Position numbers and translations under genes: made by a program. This document shows positions 38,048 to 47,974 of a stretch of DNA of 64,000 nucleotides, piece by piece; the first letter of the stretch is position 1; each line of letters begins with the position of its first letter. Source of the DNA: an uncultured Thermoactinomycetaceae bacterium (GTDB lineage Bacteria > Bacillota > Bacilli > Thermoactinomycetales > CALJVA01); assembly GCA_937975135.1 (NCBI GenBank), contig CALJVA010000067.1, positions 17,792-81,791 of the forward strand, written 5' to 3'. Below the pieces are notes generated by a model, which was given only the letters and a program-made list of their open reading frames with translations, was not told where the DNA came from and made no database searches.

Positions 38048-39019
38048 ATGAAACGGGATTGGCATGCTTATCACATTTTTTATCATCGGTTTGATAAACA
38101 AGACTCACTATTGCTAGACTGTATTGCTCCACTAGTAGCTGAGGTTCAGGAAAAAAACTTATGCAAGGATTGGTTTTTTATCCGCTATTGGGAAGGTGGA
38201 CCTCATATCCGTCTTCGTTTTTTGGATCCGGATCCTTTGGTTGAAACGATGATCCATGAGAGAATCACTGATTTTATTACAGCTTATCCACCTAAAGAAG
38301 AGATCACTCGGGATCAGTATTATCGAAATCATAAGTTTGATGGAGAACCCGTTGATCCAGACACCTTGCCATGGTATCCCAATGGAAGTATTGTGAAACT
38401 TCCTTATGAGCCGGAATATCAGCGCTATGGTGGAAAAGATGCGATGGCAATCAGTGAGAAAATCTTTACCTATTCTAGTGAAATGGCTTTGAAGGTGATG
38501 GGAGAGTCCGCTGGAGATTTGGCCAAACGATTAAATTTGGCCATGGATTTGATGATTTTAACCGCTAGGTGTTTAGATGTAAGGTTCGAAGAGCTTGCCG
38601 GTTATTTTAAGCGCTATGCAGATTATTGGGGTGGGTTTTTGGATCAACCCAAAGAAGCAGTACAAAAAATTGAATTTACATTTTCTAAGCAGGCTGAGCG
38701 ACTTGTAAAACGATTAGCCATATTGGAGAAGATCCATGATTCTCAAGAAGAGGTGCCACTTTATCGAATATGGGTGGAGCAATTAAAGTCAGCCCAACAA
38801 AGTTACCATCAGTTGGCAAGCGAAGGAAAGTTGATATCCCCTATTTCGATTCCTAATAAGAAAGGGGATCAAACGCGATTTGCCGTTTCAGCGATTGCTT
38901 TTTCTCAGATCCATATGACCAATAATCGTCTTGGACTTGCGCCTCCCTTTGAACATTATCTAGGTTATATGATTTATTTAATTGCGCAACATCGCCAATC
39001 TTCAATAAATGCTTCCTGA
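38048..39019 (+). CDS. Second thiopeptide-type bacteriocin biosynthesis domain protein (SpaB_C-like): candidate [4+2] pyridine synthase (TclM/LazC-like) or elimination domain
   Basis: 323 aa. Hallmark WHAYHIFYH...SLLLDCIAPLV...WFFIRYWEGGPHIRLRF. Confidence 0.7.
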   Translation: MKRDWHAYHIFYHRFDKQDSLLLDCIAPLVAEVQEKNLCKDWFFIRYWEGGPHIRLRFLDPDPLVETMIHERITDFITAYPPKEEITRDQYYRNHKFDGEPVDPDTLPWYPNGSIVKLPYEPEYQRYGGKDAMAISEKIFTYSSEMALKVMGESAGDLAKRLNLAMDLMILTARCLDVRFEELAGYFKRYADYWGGFLDQPKEAVQKIEFTFSKQAERLVKRLAILEKIHDSQEEVPLYRIWVEQLKSAQQSYHQLASEGKLISPISIPNKKGDQTRFAVSAIAFSQIHMTNNRLGLAPPFEHYLGYMIYLIAQHRQSSINAS

Positions 39020-39064
39020 AATCGTTGAGAGAGTATAAAGTGGACTGGAAAGGAGGCTTCTGTA

Positions 39065-39946
39065 ATGAAAAAATCAACACAGTGGATGTTCGCTTCTTTA
39101 AACAGCCTTACACCAGCAGAGCGGTTAAAACGGAAGGGAAAGGATTTCCCTAATCCTTTTTCACTGGCAGAGTTGTATCACGAAAACAGCAAGTATCATC
39201 CGAACTTGATGTCATACCAGATGCCCCTACATCAGTATGCAACACCCGATTACGCCAAAATGCGAAGGAAAGATTATGTGGACCTTCCTTCATTAAAGGA
39301 GCTGCCATCGTTACCTGTCCCATTAGGAGAAGTATTGAAGCGGAGGCGAAGCGAGTGGGACTTTGCCTTGCCAGTTACCTTTGAGCAACTGGCACAAGTA
39401 CTGCAGCATGCTTGGGGTGTTTCGGCTTACAAGCCTGTGCAAGATCATGACGGCAGCACCTTTGATCTTCGGTTACGAACCTACCCGTCAGGGGGGGCTC
39501 TATATCCCATTCAAATGATTATCTATGCACAACAAGTGGAAGGGCTTCAGTCCGGTTTATATCAATTTTCAGCTTTCGACAATCGGTTATATCGAATTTC
39601 AGGTGAACTGGACCCCGATTCTTTTTCTCGCTTAACCCCCTCCACGGATCCGGACCGCAATCCCATTTATCCTGGAAGTGACTTTCGTAAGGCGGCCTTT
39701 TTTTGCTTTTTATATGCGGACTTTACCAATCAAGCGGATAAGTATGGACTGCGGGCCTATCGTCTCGCACTGTTGGAAGCAGGACATGCAGCACAAAATT
39801 TACTCCTAGTCACTACGGCATTACAGTTGAAGAGTGTTCCTCTGGCGGGTTTTTATGATGATCGAGCCCATCAGCTGTTGCAGCTAAATGGTGTTGATCA
39901 AGCTTTGTTATATATAATTCCTGTGGGCAAATCGAAGGAGACTTAA
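39065..39946 (+). CDS. SagB/ThcOx-family dehydrogenase (293 aa)
   Basis: LYHENSKY, RRRSEWDF, TYPSGGALYP and AGHAAQNLLL motifs of the SagB-type dehydrogenase domain. Confidence 0.8.
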   Translation: MKKSTQWMFASLNSLTPAERLKRKGKDFPNPFSLAELYHENSKYHPNLMSYQMPLHQYATPDYAKMRRKDYVDLPSLKELPSLPVPLGEVLKRRRSEWDFALPVTFEQLAQVLQHAWGVSAYKPVQDHDGSTFDLRLRTYPSGGALYPIQMIIYAQQVEGLQSGLYQFSAFDNRLYRISGELDPDSFSRLTPSTDPDRNPIYPGSDFRKAAFFCFLYADFTNQADKYGLRAYRLALLEAGHAAQNLLLVTTALQLKSVPLAGFYDDRAHQLLQLNGVDQALLYIIPVGKSKET

Positions 39947-39948
39947 GA

Positions 39949-41070
39949 ATGATAAACAAAGAAACGCATGAGGAATGGTTGGATAAGGTATATCAATTGC
40001 GTCCTGGATATTTCTTTTCCTTTCCGAAGCCCCATGAGATGCAGATTCGCTTGAAAAGCTGGGGAGAGAGTCTGATTTGGCTGCGCGGTCGTGAAGGAGA
40101 GGACTGGGTATCTCACTTTTTCAGTGGGCTTGATGGCTTTCATCGGTTGAGGGAGCTTATTCAAAGAGTACCCAGAGAATATCATGAAAATGTATTTAAG
40201 ATACTCGCTGCTCTAAGACCTCGCTTTCTTATAGAATCAACCCTTAGCACTACAACTCGAATAGAAAAACGTTGGCAACAGATACTGGGAGTGAGAGCAA
40301 CAGCGATGGAGGAATATCAAAAAGCTTTAGCAGAAGCTCGCGTCTTAATCTTTGGAGCAGGTAAGTTAGGAAGTCGCTTTGCAACGAGCTTGGCCCAATG
40401 GAATCCACAGCAGCTTATGATTGTGGATGATGAAAAGATTACTCGAAATGATATTGAAGAAAGCCCTGCTTATGCTTTTTTTGAGGTAGGGGAGAACCGG
40501 GGAGAAGCTTTGGCCAAAACGATTAATCGGATGGCTGGGCGCACCTTAGCCGAAGGTGTGAACCTATCTTACGAAGACTTACAAGGTTTACGGGAGAGAA
40601 TCGAAAATTCAACACATGTTTTTGTGGCTATTGATCGCTATTCACCTGCTTTATATGATAAGGTTAATCATATCGCACTGGAGAAAAAAGTGCGTTGGTC
40701 TTTTCTGTTGGTAGATGGATGGGACTTATATGTTGGGCCTACTTTTTTTCCTGAACAATCGGGATGCTATCATTGTTTGGAACTGACCAAAAAGAGTGAT
40801 ATGCAAAAACCTGCTTCTTATGAAGCTTTCCGTGAAAGTTTGATCAGAGGAGAAAAAGCGCCTGATTTATGTAGTCCGATCGCTGCAGATTTGGCAGCGG
40901 GATTTTTGGCTGCGGATGCCATTCATCTCTTTGGGTTGATGCCCCAACGGATTGAAGCGGAAGCTAGTTTAACAATCGGTAGACAGCTCCATGTAAATTT
41001 ACGTACCTTTGACGCTTATTTTCATCCAATGATTAAGAAGCCTCGGTGTACAGTGTGTGGCACAGTCTAG
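39949..41070 (+). CDS. ThiF/E1-like protein with N-terminal RRE-like region (ocin-ThiF-like)
   Basis: Rossmann RVLIFGAGKLGSRFATSLAQ...MIVDDEKITRNDI, paired cysteines CYHC ... CTVC, and an N-terminal wHTH-like segment. Confidence 0.65.
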   Translation: MINKETHEEWLDKVYQLRPGYFFSFPKPHEMQIRLKSWGESLIWLRGREGEDWVSHFFSGLDGFHRLRELIQRVPREYHENVFKILAALRPRFLIESTLSTTTRIEKRWQQILGVRATAMEEYQKALAEARVLIFGAGKLGSRFATSLAQWNPQQLMIVDDEKITRNDIEESPAYAFFEVGENRGEALAKTINRMAGRTLAEGVNLSYEDLQGLRERIENSTHVFVAIDRYSPALYDKVNHIALEKKVRWSFLLVDGWDLYVGPTFFPEQSGCYHCLELTKKSDMQKPASYEAFRESLIRGEKAPDLCSPIAADLAAGFLAADAIHLFGLMPQRIEAEASLTIGRQLHVNLRTFDAYFHPMIKKPRCTVCGTV

Positions 41071-41087
41071 AAAGGGGAGAAGAGAAC

Positions 41088-41828
41088 ATGGCAAAGAAAA
41101 CTGTCATCGAAGTGGATGCAGTTGAAAAAGCTTACGGAACAACCAAAGCAGTGGATGGGATATCCTTTACAGTATCTCAGCAGGAGATTTTTGGTGTAAT
41201 TGGTGCCAATGGAGCAGGCAAGACAACCACATTGGAAATGATCATGGGCCTTAGGGTTCCAGATAAAGGAAATATCAAGGTGTTGGGGCATGATGTGGTC
41301 AAAAATACAGATCAAATCAAGCAAAAAATTGGTATTCAATTACAGCAAACATCGTTGTATGACCGCATTAAGGTTAAGGAAGCGCTAGAGTTGTTTGCTT
41401 CCTATTATGATAAAACAAGGGACCCACAAGAGATTATTCAGCTTCTGGGGTTAGAGCCCTATTTAAATAAATATGTAAAGAAGTTATCTGGTGGTTGGCA
41501 ACAGAGGACTGCATTGGCCCTTGCTTTAATCAATGATCCTGACATTATATTCCTAGATGAACCAACAACAGGACTCGATCCACAGGCACGGCGGGATTTG
41601 TGGGACGTGATTTTAAAGTTGCGTGATGAGGGGAAAACAATTGTTCTTTCGACACACTATATGGAAGAAGCACAACGCCATTGTGATCGAATCGCGGTAA
41701 TAAAAAAAGGACGGCTCGTCGATTGTGATACACCTGAAGGATTGATTCGCCGTCTACCAGAAGGCAAAGGGACAATGGATGATGTATACCTTCAACTAGC
41801 GGTGGAGCAGAAGGAGGAATCGGCATAA
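41088..41828 (+). CDS. ABC transporter ATP-binding protein
   Basis: Walker A GANGAGKTT, signature LSGGWQQR, Walker B IIFLDEPTTGLD. ATG 41088 follows GGGGAGAAGAG. Confidence 0.9.
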   Translation: MAKKTVIEVDAVEKAYGTTKAVDGISFTVSQQEIFGVIGANGAGKTTTLEMIMGLRVPDKGNIKVLGHDVVKNTDQIKQKIGIQLQQTSLYDRIKVKEALELFASYYDKTRDPQEIIQLLGLEPYLNKYVKKLSGGWQQRTALALALINDPDIIFLDEPTTGLDPQARRDLWDVILKLRDEGKTIVLSTHYMEEAQRHCDRIAVIKKGRLVDCDTPEGLIRRLPEGKGTMDDVYLQLAVEQKEESA

Positions 41829-41829
41829 G

Positions 41830-42570
41830 ATGCAGGCGTTATGGACACATACCAAAACTGAGATGAAGCTCTTTTTTCGTGAACCGATTGCGGTCTTTTT
41901 TACGCTGTTATTGCCGGGTGTTATGTTTGTTATTATGGGTAAAATTTTCGGTACGGAGACATATAGTATCGGGGACTATTTCGAAGTTTATATTCCCAAT
42001 ATGATAGGCATTGTTATTTTTGCTACCGGTTTTTTTGCAATTGGTCTCCAAATTGTCATTGATCGGGAAAAAGGAGTGTATAAAAGGCTAAAAGGAACTC
42101 CTCTTAATCCCATCTATGTGTTCACAGCACTGGTCGTGAAGGGATGTTTGGCCGTTTATTTAGGCGTGATTGAGATTTTAATTTTGGCCAAAGTTGTATT
42201 TGATGTGTCCTTGTCCTCTAGTCTTTTTCAGTTCTTTTTAGGTGTTACCCTATCCCTTCTCGCTTTTTTAGGTCTTGGTTTTTTGGTCGCCAGTATTTCG
42301 AAGCGAATGCAGACAGCCATGGCGATTGGCTTTATTGCCATGTATCCAATGATGTTTTTGTCAGGAGCTTGGTTTCCAATCGATAATTTTTCCCCTTTTT
42401 GGAAGTCGATGTCAAAAATAATTCCTTTAACTTATGCCAATGATATGATGCGTTTAGGATGGCAAGGGAAGCTGTATACTCAGGAAGGACTGGTTGCAAC
42501 CATAGTTCTTTTTGGGATCCTACTGGTGAGTGCTTTTATAGGTGTTCGTTTTTTCCGTTGGGATCCCTAA
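41830..42570 (+). CDS. ABC-2-type transporter permease
   Basis: 246 aa with six predicted TM segments. The start lies 1 nt after the ATPase stop, with an AGGAGG RBS. Confidence 0.85.
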   Translation: MQALWTHTKTEMKLFFREPIAVFFTLLLPGVMFVIMGKIFGTETYSIGDYFEVYIPNMIGIVIFATGFFAIGLQIVIDREKGVYKRLKGTPLNPIYVFTALVVKGCLAVYLGVIEILILAKVVFDVSLSSSLFQFFLGVTLSLLAFLGLGFLVASISKRMQTAMAIGFIAMYPMMFLSGAWFPIDNFSPFWKSMSKIIPLTYANDMMRLGWQGKLYTQEGLVATIVLFGILLVSAFIGVRFFRWDP

Positions 42571-42590
42571 AATAGAATAAAATCCCTTTG

Positions 42591-42627
42591 AGATCGGGTA
42601 TGGTCATTCCATACCTGATCTTTTTTA
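42591..42627 (+). terminator. Strong rho-independent terminator closing the RiPP operon
   Basis: agatcgggtatgg-tcatt-ccatacctgatct (13-bp stem, one G-U) followed by tttttt. Confidence 0.8.
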
Positions 42628-42726
42628 TGGCATAAACCCTCCATTCCTTCTATTGCAAGGGTTGTTTCTGTTGGGTAAGCTACTAAATTGATGGGTCCAG
42701 TGCAGAATGAAAAAAGGAGGATCTTG

Positions 42727-43191
42727 ATGATCATCGTTAGCGCATGCTTTGCAGGTATTTGTTGCCGTTATGATCAAAAGCATAATCGAATTGCGGAGAT
42801 TCAAAAGTTAATCCGGGAAGGAAAAGCAGTTCCTGTATGTCCAGAGCAGATGGGAGGATTACCCACACCACGCAATCCTGCGGAAATTGTAGGAGGAGAT
42901 GGGGAGGATGTGCTCGATGGTCGAGCCCGGGTTATTGACTGTGAAGGAAAGGATGTTACATCACAGTTTTTGGCTGGGGCAAGAGAAACGTTAAAGATAG
43001 CCCAGGACGTGGGAGCAAAAAAGGCGATTTTGAAAGAGAATAGCCCTTCCTGTGGAAGTCAGATGATTTATGATGGTACATTTAGTAAGAAAAAAAAGAG
43101 TGGGGTGGGTGTGACAGCGGCATTGCTTCGTAGGCATGGGATTGAAGTGTATTCTGAGAATACGTGGCCTGGAATAGAAGGGCAAGTCTAA
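42727..43191 (+). CDS. DUF523 family protein (TudS-like Fe-S protein family)
   Basis: MIIVSACFAGICCRYD N-terminus and PSCGS motif. ATG 42727 follows AAAAGGAGGA. Confidence 0.65.
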   Translation: MIIVSACFAGICCRYDQKHNRIAEIQKLIREGKAVPVCPEQMGGLPTPRNPAEIVGGDGEDVLDGRARVIDCEGKDVTSQFLAGARETLKIAQDVGAKKAILKENSPSCGSQMIYDGTFSKKKKSGVGVTAALLRRHGIEVYSENTWPGIEGQV

Positions 43192-43201
43192 AATTAACGT
43201 G

Positions 43202-43711
43202 CTAAGAAGTTACTTCTCGTTGGGAAGAGTTTTTCTCTTTCACGACCTTTTGAAATCGAAAATACATTGAGATCCGCCAAGTAATTATCATGCCAAAAGC
43301 TAAAATGAAGAAAATAGAAGCGGTCTGTTCAATTGTAAGATACTGTTCCACATAATTACGTAATAGTAGGCGAAGTAAAAATAAGCCAAGGAGAATAAAA
43401 ATGAATGCTTTGGATCGGGTAAGATAAATCTGATTATCAGTGATGCGAAATTTCGTTGTACGTATTAAGGGATAAGATAAAAAGATACTACCGATAGTGA
43501 AAGCAATAACTGCCCATGATAGTGGTATATGGGTAGGAGGGTAAAGAAACATTAAAAAACCTGTACTCATCCCTAGAGGAGCCAGGAGTATTCTTTTCGT
43601 CGTGATGGGACGTTGTGTCGCTCGGAGCCGAATAAAGATCGCCAAGATAGCCATCCCGATAAAGCCAATGGTGAGGATCCATTCAATGGGAAAAGGGAGA
43701 GTAAAATCCAT
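43202..43711 (-). CDS. CcdC-like (DUF1453) integral membrane protein
   Basis: 169 aa from ATG 43711 (GGAGG 5 nt upstream). Four TM segments and YPLIRTTKFRITDNQIYLTRSKAF, as in CcdC-family proteins. Confidence 0.55.
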   Translation of the reverse strand: MDFTLPFPIEWILTIGFIGMAILAIFIRLRATQRPITTKRILLAPLGMSTGFLMFLYPPTHIPLSWAVIAFTIGSIFLSYPLIRTTKFRITDNQIYLTRSKAFIFILLGLFLLRLLLRNYVEQYLTIEQTASIFFILAFGMIITWRISMYFRFQKVVKEKNSSQREVTS

Positions 43712-43834
43712 CGTATCCTCCAAATATTGTAGTTTAGAAAGGTGGAGATCCACCAGAGGTAATCAGACTTGCGTTACATCACTCTTCTTTGTATGATTAG
43801 TATAACGTAATACAAGTAAACATCAAAGGCGAGG

Positions 43835-45110
<1,276 letters not shown>

Positions 45111-45115
45111 ATTCA

Positions 45116-45143
45116 ACCTGGGCGGTGATGCCCAGGTTTTTTT
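45116..45143 (+). terminator. Rho-independent terminator after trpS
   Basis: acctgggc-ggtgat-gcccaggt followed by tttttt. Confidence 0.8.
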
Positions 45144-45195
45144 ATGGAATAAGGGCCCAAATCTTTAAGTCGGAAAATTTTTGTAAAAAAAATCA

Positions 45196-45233
45196 TTTAC
45201 AGGAGAGATCGATTTAGTTTATAATAATTATAA
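45196..45233 (+). promoter_or_regulatory. Promoter (TTTACA-18-TATAAT) overlapped by a perfect PerR-box-type 7-1-7 repeat TTATAATAATTATAA
   Basis: TTATAAT-A-ATTATAA at 45219-45233 equals the B. subtilis PerR consensus TTATAATnATTATAA. -35 TTTACA at 45196-45201, -10 TATAAT at 45220-45225. Confidence 0.65.
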
Positions 45234-45304
45234 ATAGAGAAGATCTGTAGTTAAGTCTAAAGATGAAACCACTTATAAAAAGTATATAGGTTCTTTTTGT
45301 AAAG

Positions 45305-45330
45305 CATGTCGCCCTTTTTGGGGCGACATG
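45305..45330 (+). other. Perfect 10-bp GC-rich hairpin in the ATPase leader
   Basis: catgtcgccc-tttttg-gggcgacatg. Followed by tcgcatttta, with no clean U-tract. Confidence 0.4.
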
Positions 45331-45400
45331 TCGCATTTTATACGGGTTAAGAATGATCTTTATTCTCATTTCAGTGCAGAATAATAAGTAAAGGCGGTGG

Positions 45401-47344
45401 ATGAAGGTGCTTGAAGTACCTAGAGAGAGACTTCAATCATTCATGTTCAGCCATTTACAGTTGAGAAAGGACAATAAACTCATGCGATTTCTAAGAAAGC
45501 ATGGTGAAGGACTTGCAGCAATAGCCAGTGGCTTTCTAATGCTAAGTGCATGGTTTGTAGAAAAGTATATCGGTGTTGGCGCAGCACTATTATATTTAAT
45601 TTCATATGTGGTAGGTGGGTTTGCTTCCGCGCGCCAAGGGGTAATGGTGCTTATAAAAGAGCGAAAGCTGGATGTCAACATGTTGATGATTCTCGCGGCG
45701 TTCGGAGCTGCAAGTATTGGCTATTGGCTGGAGGGTGCGATCTTAATCTTTATCTTTTCCTTAAGTGGTGCTCTAGAGAGTTATGCTGAGGCACGTAGCC
45801 GGAGTGACCTTTCCGCTTTGATGAAGATGAAGCCTAAAGAAGCCCTGCGAATTCAAAATGGTGAAGAGAAACGGGTACCGATTGAAGAGTTGCGCGTCGG
45901 CGACCATATTTTAGTTAAGCCAGGGGAGCAGATTCCTGCAGATTCCAAGGTTATTTGGGGAACATCTACTGTAAATCAGGCGTCAATCACCGGAGAATCT
46001 CTTCCTGTTGAAAAAGAGATCGGAGATGAGGTTTATGCTGGATCGATAAACGAACGTGGTTCACTCCAATTAGAGGTAATCCGACTAAGTGAGGAAAGTG
46101 TGTTTTCCAAAATTATTTCTCTCGTGGAGCAAGCGCAGCAGCAAAAGCCTCGCTCACAGCATCGTATTGAGCGTTTTGAGCAGTATTATGCTACGAGTGT
46201 CGTTTTGATAACGCTTCTTCTTATACTTTTTCCTCCTCTTTTTCTTAATTGGAGCTGGAGTGATTCACTGTACAAGGCGATGGTTTTTATCGTTGTCGCT
46301 TCTCCCTGTGCGATTGTGGCTTCAATAATGCCCGCTACCTTATCGGCAATATCCAATGGTGCACGCAAGGGTTTACTTTTTAAAGGAGGGAGTTACTTAC
46401 AATCCCTTTCTGAGATTAAAGTGGTCGCCTTTGATAAGACAGGCACTTTAACCATGGGACAACCAACAGTAACAGATATCGTTGCTGCTCCGGGATATGA
46501 AGCTGAAAAGGTGCTCCAAGTAGCAGCTTCACTAGAAAGCTTATCCGAACATCCTTTAGCGGAGGCAATCATAACCAAAGCGAAGGAAACGGGTTTGCAG
46601 GTAGAAACCCCAGGCCAATTTGAATCAATTACTGGAAAAGGAATTACTGGGATGATCGGAAATGAACAATGGTGGCTGGGAAAAGCAACATTCATCACTG
46701 AGAAGTTTACTTCCAATCAAAAATGGATTGCAAAAATTGATGCGCTGGAAAACCAAGGGAAAACAGTGATACTGTTAAGCAATCGTGAGGGGATCTGTGG
46801 AGGAATTGCTATTCGGGATACTTTACGGCCACAGGCGAAAGAGGCCATCAAACGGTTGAAAAAGATGGGGATTTTTGTAGTGATGTTGACTGGAGACCAG
46901 GAGAAAACAGCGAAGGCGGTTGCGAAAGAAGCGGGGATCGACGATGTGCGAGCTAACCTATTACCCGAAGAAAAAGTGGAGGCAATTCGGGAGATAGAAC
47001 AAAAGTATGGACCTTTATTAATGGTAGGCGAAGGAGTGAACGATGCCCCTGCTCTTGGTTCGGCAACGGTTGGCATGGCGATGGGGGTTGCTGGAACTGA
47101 TGTCTCTTTGGAGGTAGCGCAGATCGTTTTAATGAAGGATGATCTCGATAAAGTTCCCATTGCGGTAAAAATGGCGCGAAAAACGGGAAGGGTTATCAAA
47201 CAAAATCTTATCTTTGCATCTTTGGTTATCTGTTCATTGATCGGAGCCAACTTCTTCGGTGAAATAACACTTCCCTTTGGTGTGATTGGTCATGAAGGAA
47301 GTACAATTCTCGTTATTCTTAATGGCTTACGGCTTCTCCGTTAA
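45401..47344 (+). CDS. pfeT: P1B-4-type heavy-metal P-type ATPase (PfeT/ZosA-like Fe(II)/Co(II) exporter)
   Basis: 647 aa with no N-terminal CxxC metal-binding domain. The TM metal motif is SPC (VVASPCAIV), with DKTGTLT phosphorylation site, TGD and GEGVNDAP. A PerR box lies upstream. Confidence 0.7.
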   Translation: MKVLEVPRERLQSFMFSHLQLRKDNKLMRFLRKHGEGLAAIASGFLMLSAWFVEKYIGVGAALLYLISYVVGGFASARQGVMVLIKERKLDVNMLMILAAFGAASIGYWLEGAILIFIFSLSGALESYAEARSRSDLSALMKMKPKEALRIQNGEEKRVPIEELRVGDHILVKPGEQIPADSKVIWGTSTVNQASITGESLPVEKEIGDEVYAGSINERGSLQLEVIRLSEESVFSKIISLVEQAQQQKPRSQHRIERFEQYYATSVVLITLLLILFPPLFLNWSWSDSLYKAMVFIVVASPCAIVASIMPATLSAISNGARKGLLFKGGSYLQSLSEIKVVAFDKTGTLTMGQPTVTDIVAAPGYEAEKVLQVAASLESLSEHPLAEAIITKAKETGLQVETPGQFESITGKGITGMIGNEQWWLGKATFITEKFTSNQKWIAKIDALENQGKTVILLSNREGICGGIAIRDTLRPQAKEAIKRLKKMGIFVVMLTGDQEKTAKAVAKEAGIDDVRANLLPEEKVEAIREIEQKYGPLLMVGEGVNDAPALGSATVGMAMGVAGTDVSLEVAQIVLMKDDLDKVPIAVKMARKTGRVIKQNLIFASLVICSLIGANFFGEITLPFGVIGHEGSTILVILNGLRLLR

Positions 47345-47375
47345 AACAACCCCCGGGTATTCCCCGGGGGTTGTT
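47345..47375. terminator. GC-rich hairpin between convergent ATPase and rpsT genes
   Basis: aacaacccccgg-gtattcc-ccgggggttgtt, a 12-bp stem immediately after the ATPase stop codon. Confidence 0.5.
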
Positions 47376-47387
47376 CCAAATAAAATC

Positions 47388-47409
47388 GCTGTTGACTTTG
47401 TCAACAGCT
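47388..47409 (-). terminator. rpsT terminator
   Basis: On the minus strand: gctgttga-caaag-tcaacagc followed by gattttattt. Confidence 0.6.
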
Positions 47410-47419
47410 GGCTGCCTCT

Positions 47420-47686
47420 TTAACCATTTAGGACATGGAATTTTTGATATAGACGGGACTTTTTACGTGCACCTGCATTTTTGTGAATTAAGCCTTTGCT
47501 AACAGCTTTATCCACGGCTCGTGTTGCTTGACGTAGTAATTCAGCTGCTTTTTCTTTTTCTTCATTTTCAACTGCCAGGTTGAACTTTTTGATCATTGTA
47601 CGCATGGCTGACTTTTGTGCAGCACGATGGAGGCGCTTTTTTTCATTTTGCTTGGCCCGCTTAATTGCAGATTTGATATTTGCCAT
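47420..47686 (-). CDS. rpsT: 30S ribosomal protein S20
   Basis: [29 protein letters not shown] 47686 follows GGAGGTG. The track start at 47695 adds 3 codons. Confidence 0.95.
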   Translation of the reverse strand: MANIKSAIKRAKQNEKKRLHRAAQKSAMRTMIKKFNLAVENEEKEKAAELLRQATRAVDKAVSKGLIHKNAGARKKSRLYQKFHVLNG

Positions 47687-47974
47687 CACTTTCACCTCCT
47701 GAGAAGGAATCAGCGTCCATTTATTAGGCGTCCATTGATTAAGAGAACACGGACAATTTTATCACGGAGAATAAGAAAATGCAAGAGAGAGAATAAAGGC
47801 TGTCGAGCATGGGTCATACTGAAATGACTGGAACTTTTTCTAAAAAGAAGATTCTTAGATTGGGATTTAGGGACATCCGATATTTCATTTTTCTAAGCAA
47901 ATGATTTAGGCAAAATAGCATGCTATTAGCATCTTTCTTACAAGGATTTAAGACGATAGTAGGAGTGGATTTTG

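Noticed and set aside
26791-42700. Searched the borders of the RiPP cluster for integrase, transposase, tRNA attachment sites or long flanking direct repeats
   Set aside because: None was recognised by eye, so no mobile element is called. A computational repeat search is still needed.
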